From contig OZ193909.1 in assembly GCA_964276515.1 (NCBI GenBank), positions 18,724,001 to 18,788,000 on the forward strand: a DNA stretch of 64,000 nt, written 5' to 3'. The translations under genes were made by a program, and so were the position numbers. Source of the stretch: Gordius albopunctatus (taxonomy: Eukaryota). The notes under the pieces are model-generated. The model saw only the letters and a list, made by a program, of their open reading frames with translations, made no database searches and had not been told where the DNA came from. Below are positions 40,401 through 51,656 of the stretch, piece by piece. Numbering within the stretch: position 1 is the first letter of the stretch; each line of letters starts with the position of its first letter.

Positions 40401-42003
40401 TGCCACTCCCCCGCCCGCCCGCCCCGCCCACCAACGGTTATATAAAAATAGGCTTAAAATTTGGAAAATCATCCCTTCGTTTTCTAGCCTGAGCCCATAC
40501 AATTTATTTGTTTTTTGGCAGGGTGTGGGTCCTCTTTTCCCAACGCCAATATCGATCCGAAAATAAGAAGAGGCAGGCAGGCAACGAACAAGACCTAAAA
40601 ACAATTCATTTCTCGCGCTGTTTAGTGTGAAATTCCAACCAAAAATCTTTTTTTAAAAATACCGAAAGCCACGGTATTATCTCGAAATTTAAAGATATTC
40701 AGTTACATTATTTAATTTTGTTTCTATAAAATATAATTTAAAAGGTATAGTTTTCCCCAAACCTGATGCAGCACATCAAAATATAAATTTTTAAACGCTT
40801 ACTAACTAAAAAAAGCGTTAAAAATTAATTAAAAAAAAAATTAACAATAAATGCAAAAAAGTATTAAATTATCAAAATTAATTATAATGTATTTACACAC
40901 ACAAAAAAAACAAGGCAATCAAAAAATTGGCCCATAAATTATTATATGTAATTAAAGTTAAGCATTTTACAAGTGAGTTAGCAATTAGAGTTTTGGCCAA
41001 GAAAAGTCAATATAATTATATCATGATCAAAAATTTAAATTATAATTTGGCACCATTTAGACATAATTATACTATAACAAACATTAATTACTTCAAAAAA
41101 CATATTTATTAAATATTTTGTTACAATAAATTTATTTAAAATAATATACGACATGGTTATATAATAGAAACAAGGATAATTAAAAAAATCTATTTGGACT
41201 GAAGTAGATTTTTCAAACGTGATTTGAAACTATAAAACAAATCAATTGTAGATTTGGTCTAAAAATCGACAAATATGTTAACGATTAATTTTAAAATGCA
41301 ATTAAAATGTTTTTTTTAACTCTACACCATTGATGTGAAGGAATAACATTTTGTCTATGATTAAGAAACATAATATAATTTGCTCAATAGAAGCTGACAA
41401 ATATAGTCCTCATCGAAGGCACTAGGACTTTTAGTAGATTAATTAAGCTTTTTAGACAAATTACATTAATCTTTCTGGCTTTCAAAATTATTTTAAAATT
41501 TTCTTAAAGATATTGTTTACTCTAGGTATTAAGTTTTTTTATAAGGTGCAACATATTTCAAAGGTGAAGAATACATACACAAAATTGGTAAATAATACCT
41601 TAAATATAAACTATCATACAATTATATAGAATGACGAACCAGATAAAAATAATCTATATTATCATATTATGACCCATTCATTGCATTATTGCAAACTAAA
41701 ACTGATAACTTATTAAAGAAATATTTCTATTTATAGAATCAGCATAAGTAAAAATACATTAAAAGTATCAAAATCCTACTTCCTCCTTTTAGCAATTGAT
41801 AAAATTTATTTTCAATATGCAATTGTGGATGTTTGCTCGATATGTGCTCCAGTTTAATGGCAACTTCTTGATTAGTATATATGTTTGTACCTTTATAATT
41901 TTAATGAATAGCTCTAATCAATTATACCTAGGTATATATCTCCAAATGATCCACTACCAATTTTTCTCCCCAACCTATATTGTTGCCCTACGATTAACTC
42001 CAT
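25471..42003 (-). CDS. CSNK1D: Casein kinase I delta/epsilon-type kinase with His-rich C-terminal tail
   Basis: Exons 42003-41928 ([26 protein letters not shown]), 41890-41780 ([15 protein letters not shown]), 32804-32656 ([21 protein letters not shown]), 30463-30238 ([23 protein letters not shown]), 29449-29279 ([15 protein letters not shown]), 28513-28365 (FDWN), 28060-27724 (or to the stop at 27707) and a probable last exon 25796-25471. Exon sizes 76/111/149/226/171/149 follow the CK1 delta/epsilon pattern. Delta versus epsilon cannot be resolved and the last exon is less certain. Confidence 0.92.
26462..27527 (+). mobile_element. DINE-1/Helentron-associated (HINE-like) non-autonomous element with central ~292-bp tandem repeats, copy 1
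   Basis: Subterminal inverted repeat TGCTATGCAATTTATGGGC...GCCCATAAATTGCATAGCA, GTCC microsatellite, central tandem units and 3' hairpin GGGCC-GAA-GGCCC followed by T's. Confidence 0.75.
34609..34743. mobile_element. Short hAT MITE with ACCCG/CGGGT repeats
   Basis: TIR TAGAGAACTGCA...TGCAGTTCTCTA; 7/8 TSD CGGAGCAT/CTGAGCAT. Confidence 0.75.
36010..36270 (-). pseudogene. RTE LINE 3' fragment
   Basis: YGQALRRE...[24 protein letters not shown]...RWQKLIK, typical RTE C-terminus. Confidence 0.65.
36380..36481. mobile_element. MITE, CATGGGCGTAGCC family
   Basis: Degenerate TIRs, long G and C tracts, 7/8 TSD GTCAGTCA/GTCAGCCA. Confidence 0.6.
39084..39208. mobile_element. MITE, CATGGGCGTAGCC family
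   Basis: TIRs with perfect 8-bp TSD CCTAAACC. Confidence 0.75.
39975..40333. mobile_element. Tourist-like (PIF/Harbinger) MITE
   Basis: TIR GGGCTCGTCTTAATATCGGATT...AATCCGATATTAAGACAAGTCC flanked by CTA/TTA; relatives at 38810-39077 and 63577-63851. Confidence 0.7.
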
Positions 42004-42619
42004 CTAGGTTAAAATGCGACTGTTGTTATTAAAAACCCATTCTATAATATAAATTATAAACACAATTGGCAGGTTAGACAAAAGTTTTCAAAAACGAAGC
42101 ATAACGATACATCAAAGGTAAATTTTATACCTTTCAAATTATCATATGATATTGGTCGCGATTTCTGACTTAAAGGCAAAGCATACAGTTTTACCCATAG
42201 CGACAAGCAAGAGGCTCTTTTACATACAAGAAATTTAACCTATAAAATGACCTCTAGTGATCGCAATAATTTTTACATTGGGAAACCAGAAATGACTTGA
42301 AAGTCAAGTTTAAAGAGCACTAGGCAGCTCTATATCGCCTCAACGTTCTACCAACAGCAGTATCCAGCCATATATTAAAATAAAATCATAACTTCAATAC
42401 TAAACGCTCAATTTTAATTACCACAAAAATTATACTTTGAAAGGAAAATTTGGAGTCATTCTTTATTAAAGGACTTCATCCATAGACTTTTTATTGATCG
42501 TTAGATTTTAATGAATTATTGTGTCTTTTGATTTGCATGATTTACATTTAAGTATATAAGTGTAAATTAATATATGATGGAATATATTTGATATTAAAAA
42601 AATTCCGAAGTGTTGTAAA

Positions 42620-43489
42620 TCTATATATATAAAGTAAAGTCTATGTATGTATGTGTGTTTGTATGTAAGGGCTAAATTCTAAAACTACCGGCCCGATTCG
42701 CGCGAAAATTTAACCGTAGATGCCCAGGGCGGCCAGGGGTAAAATAGCTTTTTCAGAATCCTAAAATTCCTTTTAGTTTTCAAAATATGGACCTTTTAGT
42801 TTTAAAAAATAGCTTAATTCTAAAACTACCTGCCAGATTCGCGCGAATATTTAGCCGTAGATGCCCAGGGATGCCAGGAGTAAAATAGCTTTTTCAGATT
42901 CATAAAATACCTTTTCGTTTTAAAAATATTGCACATTTCCCGGCCAGTTTAATTTATAGCAGCATATACAATAATCACGTCATATATACAAGGCTGAAGT
43001 TTTCTCCAGTTAGATATTTAAAAGTATAATAAAAATTTTAAATTAAATAAATAAAATTAATATTATGCAATTTTTGACATTATTATCACGTGGTTGATCA
43101 TAGAAGCATATTTTTAATAAATATCCATCCTTCAATTAATTATTTTATTATATTAAAGAAAATTGTATTTCAAATAAATCAGCTAACTAGAAAAATAAAA
43201 ATTTGTTTTGTCTTATTATATATATACTAAAAATAGTGTAGTAAGTTAGTTAATTTGCCAGACATAATGTATATGGCAAAACAACGTTTGCCGGGCTTAA
43301 CTATTTGTTTATATTTTGTATTTAGCGTGTTAATTCTTCCTACATTAAGTTCGTGAATTATTTCCCATAGGAAAATTATATTTTAATCGCTCATTATATG
43401 ATCGAGGCATAACGATGAGCATGCACATCACTTATAGTATTTTCTAGAAATAATGTATATAACAAAACAACGTTTGCCGTGTCAGCTAG
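42620..43489 (+). mobile_element. Non-autonomous Helitron
   Basis: A|TCTATATATATAAA start, GTAT microsatellite, two ~120-bp internal repeats, CTAG|T end; an inverted partial copy lies at 51305-51656. Confidence 0.7.
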
Positions 43490-45445
43490 TATTATATATT
43501 TTGGCAAACAATTCAAAATTTGTCAATCATTACCTAAGTATGATTGACTTTTAGGGTATGTGAATAATTGTATAATATATTTATCACATATTTATATCCA
43601 TAACATTATTAAATATTACAAAAGTTTAGGCTTAGAATGAGATCTGATAGAATAGTAAATATTACTAAAGCATATTTGAATTTCACAGGTATTCATTCTG
43701 CATGATGCGGTAATTATAAAATTTAACCTTAATAAGACATTATGTGAGTACATAGTTTTGTCATATGCATTACTTTTCACATTAATAGCTGGGTTGGCAG
43801 GTGCATTCAAATTTACTATAATTTCTATAATTGTGCAATATAAAATAAATACACGAACATATATTGTATTCGATAAATAACTATTTAATGGATAGGTTAA
43901 TTAGGATTGGAAGGTAATTATTTGGAATATAAATTTGATTATAATGATTTTTGTCACAAATTTAAATACGTGCACTTTAATTGAAAGTTTAAAACCTTAT
44001 GTTCTTAATCATATATAATGCTGCTTTTATTGTTGTTTTTACAACGTTTTAATATGGGCAACTAGTTATCAATTCTATTAATAATAATATTATCATTAAA
44101 AGTAACTCGCACTTTGTGGTTTATAACGCTATAGTGAACATGCAATAAACCCTATGGGCTATAATTAATGATGGTAATATCAATGGACTTAAACGTTGTC
44201 TTAAATATGTTACGGTCAATTTTGAGGCTTTAGCCAGGGTTAATAACGGGCCTCAATTTTCTCAATTGTGCAACTAAGTCAGCGAACTTATAATTTTCTC
44301 AGTCTATATAGAGTTGACAATCACAGTGAATTTGATACAAATGTTATAGTTTGCTGGAACAATAAAATTTAATTTTCTATACTTCAAATTTATTTTAAGT
44401 TTGCACTTTCGATAGAAATATTTTCTTTATAAATTAATTAATATCTTTATATTGACAATGAGATGTCGTGTCCGGCTAAATCTTTAAAAAGTTTGTGTAT
44501 TAAAGTTTTTTTACAAAATATAAAAATTTTTCATTTGGATTTTTAACACTTATTTTATATTTTTAATAAAACAAAAGAGATTTTTATTCCGTATATATAT
44601 TTTTTTAAATCGAGACAAGACGAGATTTTTATAGGCCGAGACGAGACGAGATCGAGATTTTTATAATCGCTCCCGAGACGAGACGAGATTTTGTTTTCGA
44701 GACCGAGACGAAACGAGATCGCAACACTATTCTTAAATATTATATGTTGAAGAAGTATAAATATACCTGTGGTTGAGTTTTTCCTTCAAGATAGTAGCTA
44801 TAATGATGTCTGAATGATTTTAATAATAAAAATCAGCTGTTCGGCAGTCTATGGCTTTATTTGTTTATGACTTCACCCTACTTTAAATTATAAATGGGAA
44901 TAATACCCTTTTGCCCTTGGTTACACACAAACCTAGCACTCCCAATAGAACATTTTTTTATATTATACTAGCTGTGCCCGGCGAAGCGTTGCTTTGGCTC
45001 AGTCCTTAAGTGGTTAAATAAGTATAACCTATTAATAAGACTTATCTAAATGGGGTCATATATGAAATAATAATCCAAATAAATAAAATATCCATAATAT
45101 TTATTTAGAGCATGAATTTTATCACGTCATGGATTTTATGAACCCACTATTTTTAGTATATATATAATAAGACAAACCAAATGCGAATTCTGTTTTAGTC
45201 ATCATATTCGACTAAAATTAAATATTTTTGGGAAAAATGCGGATTAATGCTGTTACTTACTATACAATAATACTAGTGCTGTAAACATTTGTAAAAAAAT
45301 CGAACGCGTTCGCGTTCAACGTTCATTGACAAAAATCGAACGCGTTCACGTTCACGTTCGTTCAAAATTTTATGATACATTTTTTTAAAGTTTAATTTAA
45401 TATAAATAAATGTCTTATATTTTTTAATATAATAAATAGCCATGA

Positions 45446-48400
45446 TCTTCTTCTTCTTCTTCTTCTTTATCGTGTTGAAAATCCCACAGACGTGGGGTAC
45501 GTTTTCAGCAGCCTCTTCCATCTGAGTCGTGTGAATGCCATGCCAATTTCCATCTGTTTGACGTCCATATCCTTTTCGACCAGTCGTTTCCAGGTGGCAC
45601 GTGGCCTGCTCCTTCCTCTTCTTCCAGGCACGTCCATCTCCAGCGTTCGGCGTGTGACATCGTCTTCGTCTCTTCGTAATACATGGCCGTACCACCGCAG
45701 TCGATTTTCTCTTAAGAAGTCCTTCGTCGCTTGTATACCCATCTTTGTCATCAAGGATTCGTTCGTCATGCGATCCAGCTTGGTGTAGCCTAAGCTCCAT
45801 CGCACCATTCTCATTTCCGTGACTTGCAAGAGTTTCTCCTCCGCGGTGGTTACAGCCCATGTTTCGCTCCCGTAAAGCAAGACCGGTCGCACGATGGTTT
45901 TGTACGCCTTGCTTTTCAACCAAATTGGTATCTTTTTGTCACACATGACACCGGAGATGCTGCGCCACTTGAGCCATGCTTTCCTGATCCGAGAATGGAC
46001 TTCGGCGGTACATCCTCCCTCTTGATGTAATAGCGAGCCAAGATATGTGAACTTATCAACCTCCGTGTACCTTGGACCGTCAATTTTGTGCATTTGCGGA
46101 CTACCGCCCATCGTTTGCATGTAAACCGTTTTCTTCTCGCTGACCTTTAACTCGAATTCCGAGAAACGTTCTGATCATTTTTTCGCCTGATGAAAAACCC
46201 CTTCTCTTGTTTCATCGCATAGGACAATATCGTCGGCATATAGCATAGTCCAAGGGGCTGGCTTGTGCAAGTCCTTTGTTATTGTATCCATAATTAGATT
46301 AAACAAGAATGGGCTTAACGCTGATCCTTGATGTAGTCCGATCATTATTCGGAAGGGTTTCGTTACTCCTACGGTAGTCCTAACAGATGCAACCGCGCCA
46401 TTATACATTTCCTTGATAAGTCGAACATATCCTTCGGGTATATTTCTGGCTCTAAGGGACCACCATATTAAGTCTCTCGGAACCGTATCGTAGGCTTTTT
46501 CTAAATCGATGAAGACCATGTGTAATTTCTTTCTTATGTGGCCATATTTTTCCATCGTCTGCTTCAACGCAAAGATTGGGTCCATCGTTGATTTACCGGC
46601 CACAAATCCAAACTGATTGGGCGAGAGACAAACTTCGTCATTGAGCCTTTTCACTAGCACCCTTTCTAGTAGTTTTAGTGAGTGGCAGGTCAACTTGATA
46701 CCTCTAAAGTTGCCACATTCCTGCGCGTCTCCTTTACCTTTGTATATGGGTATGATCGTACTTTCCCTCCATTGGTCAGGGATACGACTCTCATACAGCA
46801 TAGCGTTAAATAGGCCTGCCATTATGTCGATTCCTTCTCCTTTGCACCCAAGCCAAGCTTCGATCGGTAGATCATCGGGACCTAGCGCTTTCCCTTTCCG
46901 CATCTTCGTTAGTTGTGCTCCTATTTCATAAGCCTGAAATGGTAAAACCAAGTTCGAGTTCGGTTCCACCCTCTCTAGCGGTCTTCTATAATTCGTTTTG
47001 TTCATCATATTTTGGAAATAATCTTTCCATCTTTTGATGACTTCCTTCGGTTTGCACAACGTTCGTCCCTCTTCGCTTTTAATGACTTTAAGTGTCCCGA
47101 CATCTCGACTTTTTTTCTCCCTGATCTTTGCGAGTTTATACATGACTATGTCGCCGCCCTTGGTATCGAGCTTGTTTGCCATCTCGGTGTAAGCGTCTTT
47201 CTTTGCTATCGCGACCGCTATCTTAGCTTTGCGTTTCGCTTCACGATATGCCTCGTAGTCTTCTCCTTTCTTCGTTTTGTACCATCGTAGGTACAACGCC
47301 TTCTTTTCTTCTATAACCTCTTTGACCGAGTCATTCCACTACCATAGTTCACGCTTGTGAGCTCTGCCGCCCTTAGTTCGTCCCAATATTTGTAAGGCCG
47401 TTTCCTTTAGAACATTTGCAACGGTGCCCCACCTTTTGTTAATGTCGCCCTCCAAGCCTGCAACCTTCAAGAGCGGAGTTGCTCGAGTGTGAAACATTTC
47501 ATTTGCATGATCATCCTTAAGCTTTTCGTACTTTGTCCTTGGTGTGTAGACTTTTCTCCTTACGGGAAAAATCTTTCTTGCTATATCGAGGACAACTGGC
47601 CGATGTTGTTTGGCGATTTCTTCCCCCGGTATAACCTTGCAATCTTTAACTTGCCACAAATTTTTGCGCTTCACTAATATGTAGTCGACCTGTGTAAGGT
47701 GATTTCCACTACTGTACGTCGCTAAATGTTCGGTACGCTTCTGAAAGAAGGTATTCACAATGGCCATATCGTAAGCTTGCGCCATCTGTAGTAACTTCTC
47801 TCCCTCTTTATTTTTCACTCCATAGCTATGCCCGCCGTGATTTCGTTCGTACACGCCCCCTTCTTTCCCAACGTGCCCATTAAAGTCTGCTCCGATGATG
47901 AGATTCTCGTCAGGCTTCACGTAGCGTATTTCTTCTTCGAGCTTCTCATAGAATTCGTCCTTCTCGTTTTCGGAACATCCAACCTGGGGCGAATACGCAC
48001 AAATAACATTGACAAGGCCGCCTTGATCCGCCAGCTTTATGCACATCAATCTATCTGAGCATCGTTTGACTTCGACTACCTTGTCCTTAAAGGAATCGCT
48101 AAGCACTATACCGACTCCGTTCTTCCGTGATGGGGAACCCGAGTAGTATAGCTTGTAACCATCTCCTAGCTCCCTGGCTTTTGTTCCATGCCACCGTGTT
48201 TCTTGTAGACACGCTATGTGTATCCTTCGCCTTTTTAGCATCTGCTCAACCTCGATGCTCTTCCCCGTCAGCGTGCCCACATTCCAGCTAGCCACTCTTG
48301 TCCGTTCGACAACTAGGTTCCTTAACCGCCTTCGTTGTGAGTGAGGCGGTGACCCTTGTATACTTTTCACATTGCACGGGCGGATGATGCAATGCGCGTC

Positions 48401-48546
48401 GTTTGGGGAGGACGCCCTAGCATTCTGGTATAAGTTCGTATTTGAAGCTGCCATGGTGTTTGGAGTTGCTTTTTACAGCTGGCTTCCGACCTGACGCCAA
48501 CCCTCCACTTTTTTCACACGGACTTGGGACCGTCGTTGGTAGTTTT
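45446..48546 (-). mobile_element. Full-length RTE-clade non-LTR retrotransposon
   Basis: Short 5' UTR, single APE-RT ORF and a (GAA)n tail at 45446-45466 directly after the stop codon. Confidence 0.93.
45467..48454 (-). pseudogene. RTE ORF (AP endonuclease plus reverse transcriptase), 995 codons with two in-frame stops
   Basis: WNVGTL, LQETRW, GADFNGHVG, QVDYIL (APE); NFRGIKL, FIDLEKAYD, GLHQGSALSPFLF, YADD, FTYLGS (RT). The three ORF-track pieces are in one frame, split by TAG at 47339-47341 and TGA at 46175-46177. Confidence 0.92.
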
Positions 48547-48555
48547 ATTTCGACA
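48495..48555 (-). ncRNA. Twister ribozyme-like self-cleaving RNA (P1 type) at the RTE 5' end
   Basis: Minus strand UGUCGAAAU^AAAACUACCAACGACGGUCCCAAGUCCGUGUGAAAAAAGUGGAGGGUUGGCG fits the twister core: P2 ACU/AGU, P4 ACGG/CCGU, T1 UCCC/GAGGG, T2 AC/GU. Confidence 0.82.
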
Positions 48556-49484
48556 ATATAATTATAAATCAATATAATCTATTTTCTTATTTATTTTTAA
48601 TAATAATTGTTTTTCAAAAGTCTTGTGATAAGCAGGAACGCTTGGCAGTTAATACAGCATTAGCTATACTAAAAACCTGCTCCACAGGGGCAGATGAGGG
48701 GATTGGAGTATTATATTTAATAAACAAATTTTTCAGAGGAGGAAATTTATTAAAAACTTTTAATGTTTTGTCCCTCGCTTCAAAAAATTGCGACAAGATA
48801 TCATCCTCCAATGCGCCCTCTACTTCCTCGCCAAAAAATGATATCTCGGAATTGACAGCTCTTTCATTATCAATTCTAGGGGTTTCAATCACTTTTTTCA
48901 ATAACACTAAAAGTTTATTCTTTATAGGTTCATTTTAATTATTGAATTTGATCTTTTATATGAAACGAGTGAAAAATATTTTTCATATTTTGGCCATGGC
49001 AATTTCAATTCATCTGCTGATTTTCAATATTCAGAATCTGAAGATGACGACGATATAATATTATGATTGTACATATTAACCTATAAATTAAACTATAATT
49101 AATAATATCAACCTAATTAACTTTAATCTTATCTTCTTTTGCACGTTATAGTATGTTAGAAGTATTTTGGAATTGGTAATAGGAAACAGTAAAAACAGCT
49201 GATTAAAAAATATAATACTTTTTTGTTAAAAATTCGGATTGACATCAATTTTCAAATAAATAAAAACAAAAAAGGGTTTTTAAAATTGAACGAACGTTAA
49301 ATTCGAACGCGTTCATCAAAAAATAAACGCGTTCCCGTTCAAAGTTCACCAAAAAATAAAAGAACGCCGCTTAAAGCACTAAATAATACCATTATTTCAT
49401 TTTTCTAGTTAGCTGATTTATTTGAAATACAATTTTCTTTAATATAATAAAATAATTAATTGAAGGATATATAATTATTAAAAA

Positions 49485-50080
49485 ATTCGGGCCTTCGGCC
49501 CTCGTGGGAAGGGGGAGGAGGGGAAGCGAAAGGAAGGGGGAACGAAACTCATCTACACTCCGAATAAAAGTAGCATATTTGCTATGCAATTTATGGGCGA
49601 GAAAGGTGGGAAGGGGCGAGAATGCCTATAGGGGGGGGGGGGGTATTAAATGCAAAAGGATTAGTCAATTATTTATACAAATTTTCCATTTAATTAAAAA
49701 AAAACAAAGTTTGGCCAATGGTCATTTTTTTAAATGGTCAGTAGCCAGAACACGGTCAAAAAGTCATATTATCAATGGTATTAACAAGAACAATATATTA
49801 ATTTAATTTAAAAAAAATAAAAATTTTTGTCCTCTCCGGGTCTCGAACCAGCAATTTAGAACGTTCGCCGGGATTCAAACTCACATTAAATAGAGGAATA
49901 AGCCTTTAGAGGGGAAAAAGGAACCATATCAATAGAGGCATAGGCCCTTGTAGGGGAGGGCATAGGGTAATTATCAATGTTACCCAATTCAAAAACGAAA
50001 AACGAAAAATTTGGATTTATTTGGCCAATGGTCATTTTTTGCATTGGTCAGTAGCCTGCGGACGGTCAAAAAATCATATT
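49485..50080 (-). mobile_element. HINE/DINE-1-like element, 3' part in inverted orientation
   Basis: Reverse complement of the 3' hairpin, subterminal repeat and one tandem unit of 26462-27527. Confidence 0.7.
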
Positions 50081-50084
50081 AATT

Positions 50085-51285
50085 TTTTCAAAAAAAGCTG
50101 GAGTGCCCTTCTTTTTCAAAAATGAGGAGCGAGAGTAGCTCCTTTTAGGGCTAGAGCGGAGGAGCGCCGCTTCTCGGCTCCTTTAGATTTAATATATAAA
50201 TTATATTATTTTTTAAATATTAATAATATTTTATAATTAAAATTTAATGAAAAAATAATTTTATTTATTTAAATTTATTCATTATTAAATTTTGAGCCGA
50301 GTTTTATATTGATTTTTCATCTAATAATTTGAAACATTAAACATCAGTTTTTCCTTTTTATATTGAAAATTTTTTTAAAAATCTTGCAACTCATATTAAT
50401 ATTCATTTTATAGATATATAATAAAAAATAGTTTTATTATGGATTTATAGAGATTATAGAAGAAGAAACCAAATTTCCATTTCCACCATGCAAAAATTAT
50501 TTCACGCTTTAAAGGCGAAATGTCTATTGTGCATTAACAACAAAATGATTTATTTCTCTAAAATCAGCAGCTTGAATTAAAAAAACACCTTAAGGTAAAA
50601 TCAATATTTCTTTATTTTATAATAATTTTTTTAAAATAGTTTTAATTATTTTGGGGCAATTCATTACATTAGTTGAGCTTGGGTTGTCAGATATGATGCT
50701 CTTTTATATTTTTATATTTATTTTAATTTTCTCATTACCTGTTCAACCTCCTTTTTATACATTTTTTTTTCTAAATTTAAAGTATTTTTTAAATTGAATT
50801 GTAACATCCAAATTAAAAATATACATTTTATTATGGCAAAATTTTCATTTTGATCAATAAACTTGGAAAATAATTATTTATTTTTATTTTATATTAATAA
50901 AATAAGTAAAACAAAATAATTAAAAAAAATTAAGTACCTAAAAAGATATTTATACTGCACATTAAATATTTGTCCATTTCTGTTTTAAAAAATCTACCTT
51001 AATAATTTGATGTTTTAGATTATCAGTTAAAAATAAAGTTGATTTTTATAAAATAAATTTTAATTTAATTTATAAATTTATATTTAGAGAGTACATAATT
51101 AGGGGGGAACCCATTTTTTATAAAAAAAAAAATTATTTCAGATCTAAAGTTTATATTTTATAGTTGGAAAATCAAAGGAGCGGTTATGGAGCGGCACTCC
51201 ATTAGTTGGAGCGGGAGCGCTCCTTTTAATATTTAGTAGCGGGAGTGGGAGTCGCTACTTTTGAAAGGAGCGTTAACAAGACTGC
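50085..51285. mobile_element. Decayed DNA transposon with GGAGC subterminal repeats (hAT-like)
   Basis: Clusters of GGAGCG/GCTCC motifs at 50100-50185 and 51175-51275 around an AT-rich core; TIR and TSD not resolved. Confidence 0.35.
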
Positions 51286-51656
51286 TTTTAAATATCTAAT
51301 TCGAGAAAACTTCAGGCTTGTATGTATGACGTCATTATTGTATATGATGCTATAAATGAAACTGGCCGGGAAATGTCCGATATTTTTCAAACTAAAAGGT
51401 ATTTTAGGAATCTTAAAAAGCCATTTTACCCCTAGCATCCCTGGGCATCTACGGCTAAATTTTCGCGCGAATCGGGCCGGTAGTTTTAGAATTAACCCAT
51501 TTTTTAAAACTAAAAGGAATTTTAGGATTCTGAAAAAGCTATTTTACCCCTGGCCGCCCTGGGAACCTACAGGTAAATTTTCGCGCGAATTGGGCCGGTA
51601 GTTTTAGAATCTAGCCCTTACATACACACATACATACATACATACATAGACTTTAC

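Larger units (their letters stand above)
45274..49381 (-). mobile_element. Internally deleted hAT transposon hosting a nested RTE LINE
   Basis: TIR TAGTGCTGTAA...TTAAAGCACTA, perfect 8-bp TSD AATAATAC, GAACGCGTTC subterminal repeats at both ends, hATC dimerisation-domain remnant at 48614-48907 (FPPLKNLFIKYNTPIPSSAPVEQVFS). Confidence 0.85.

Noticed and set aside
45467..48454. Alternative genetic code (TGA/TAG read as Trp)
   Set aside because: Host genes use TGG for Trp with no in-frame stops in any reconstructed exon, and the Gypsy ORF is open under the standard code.
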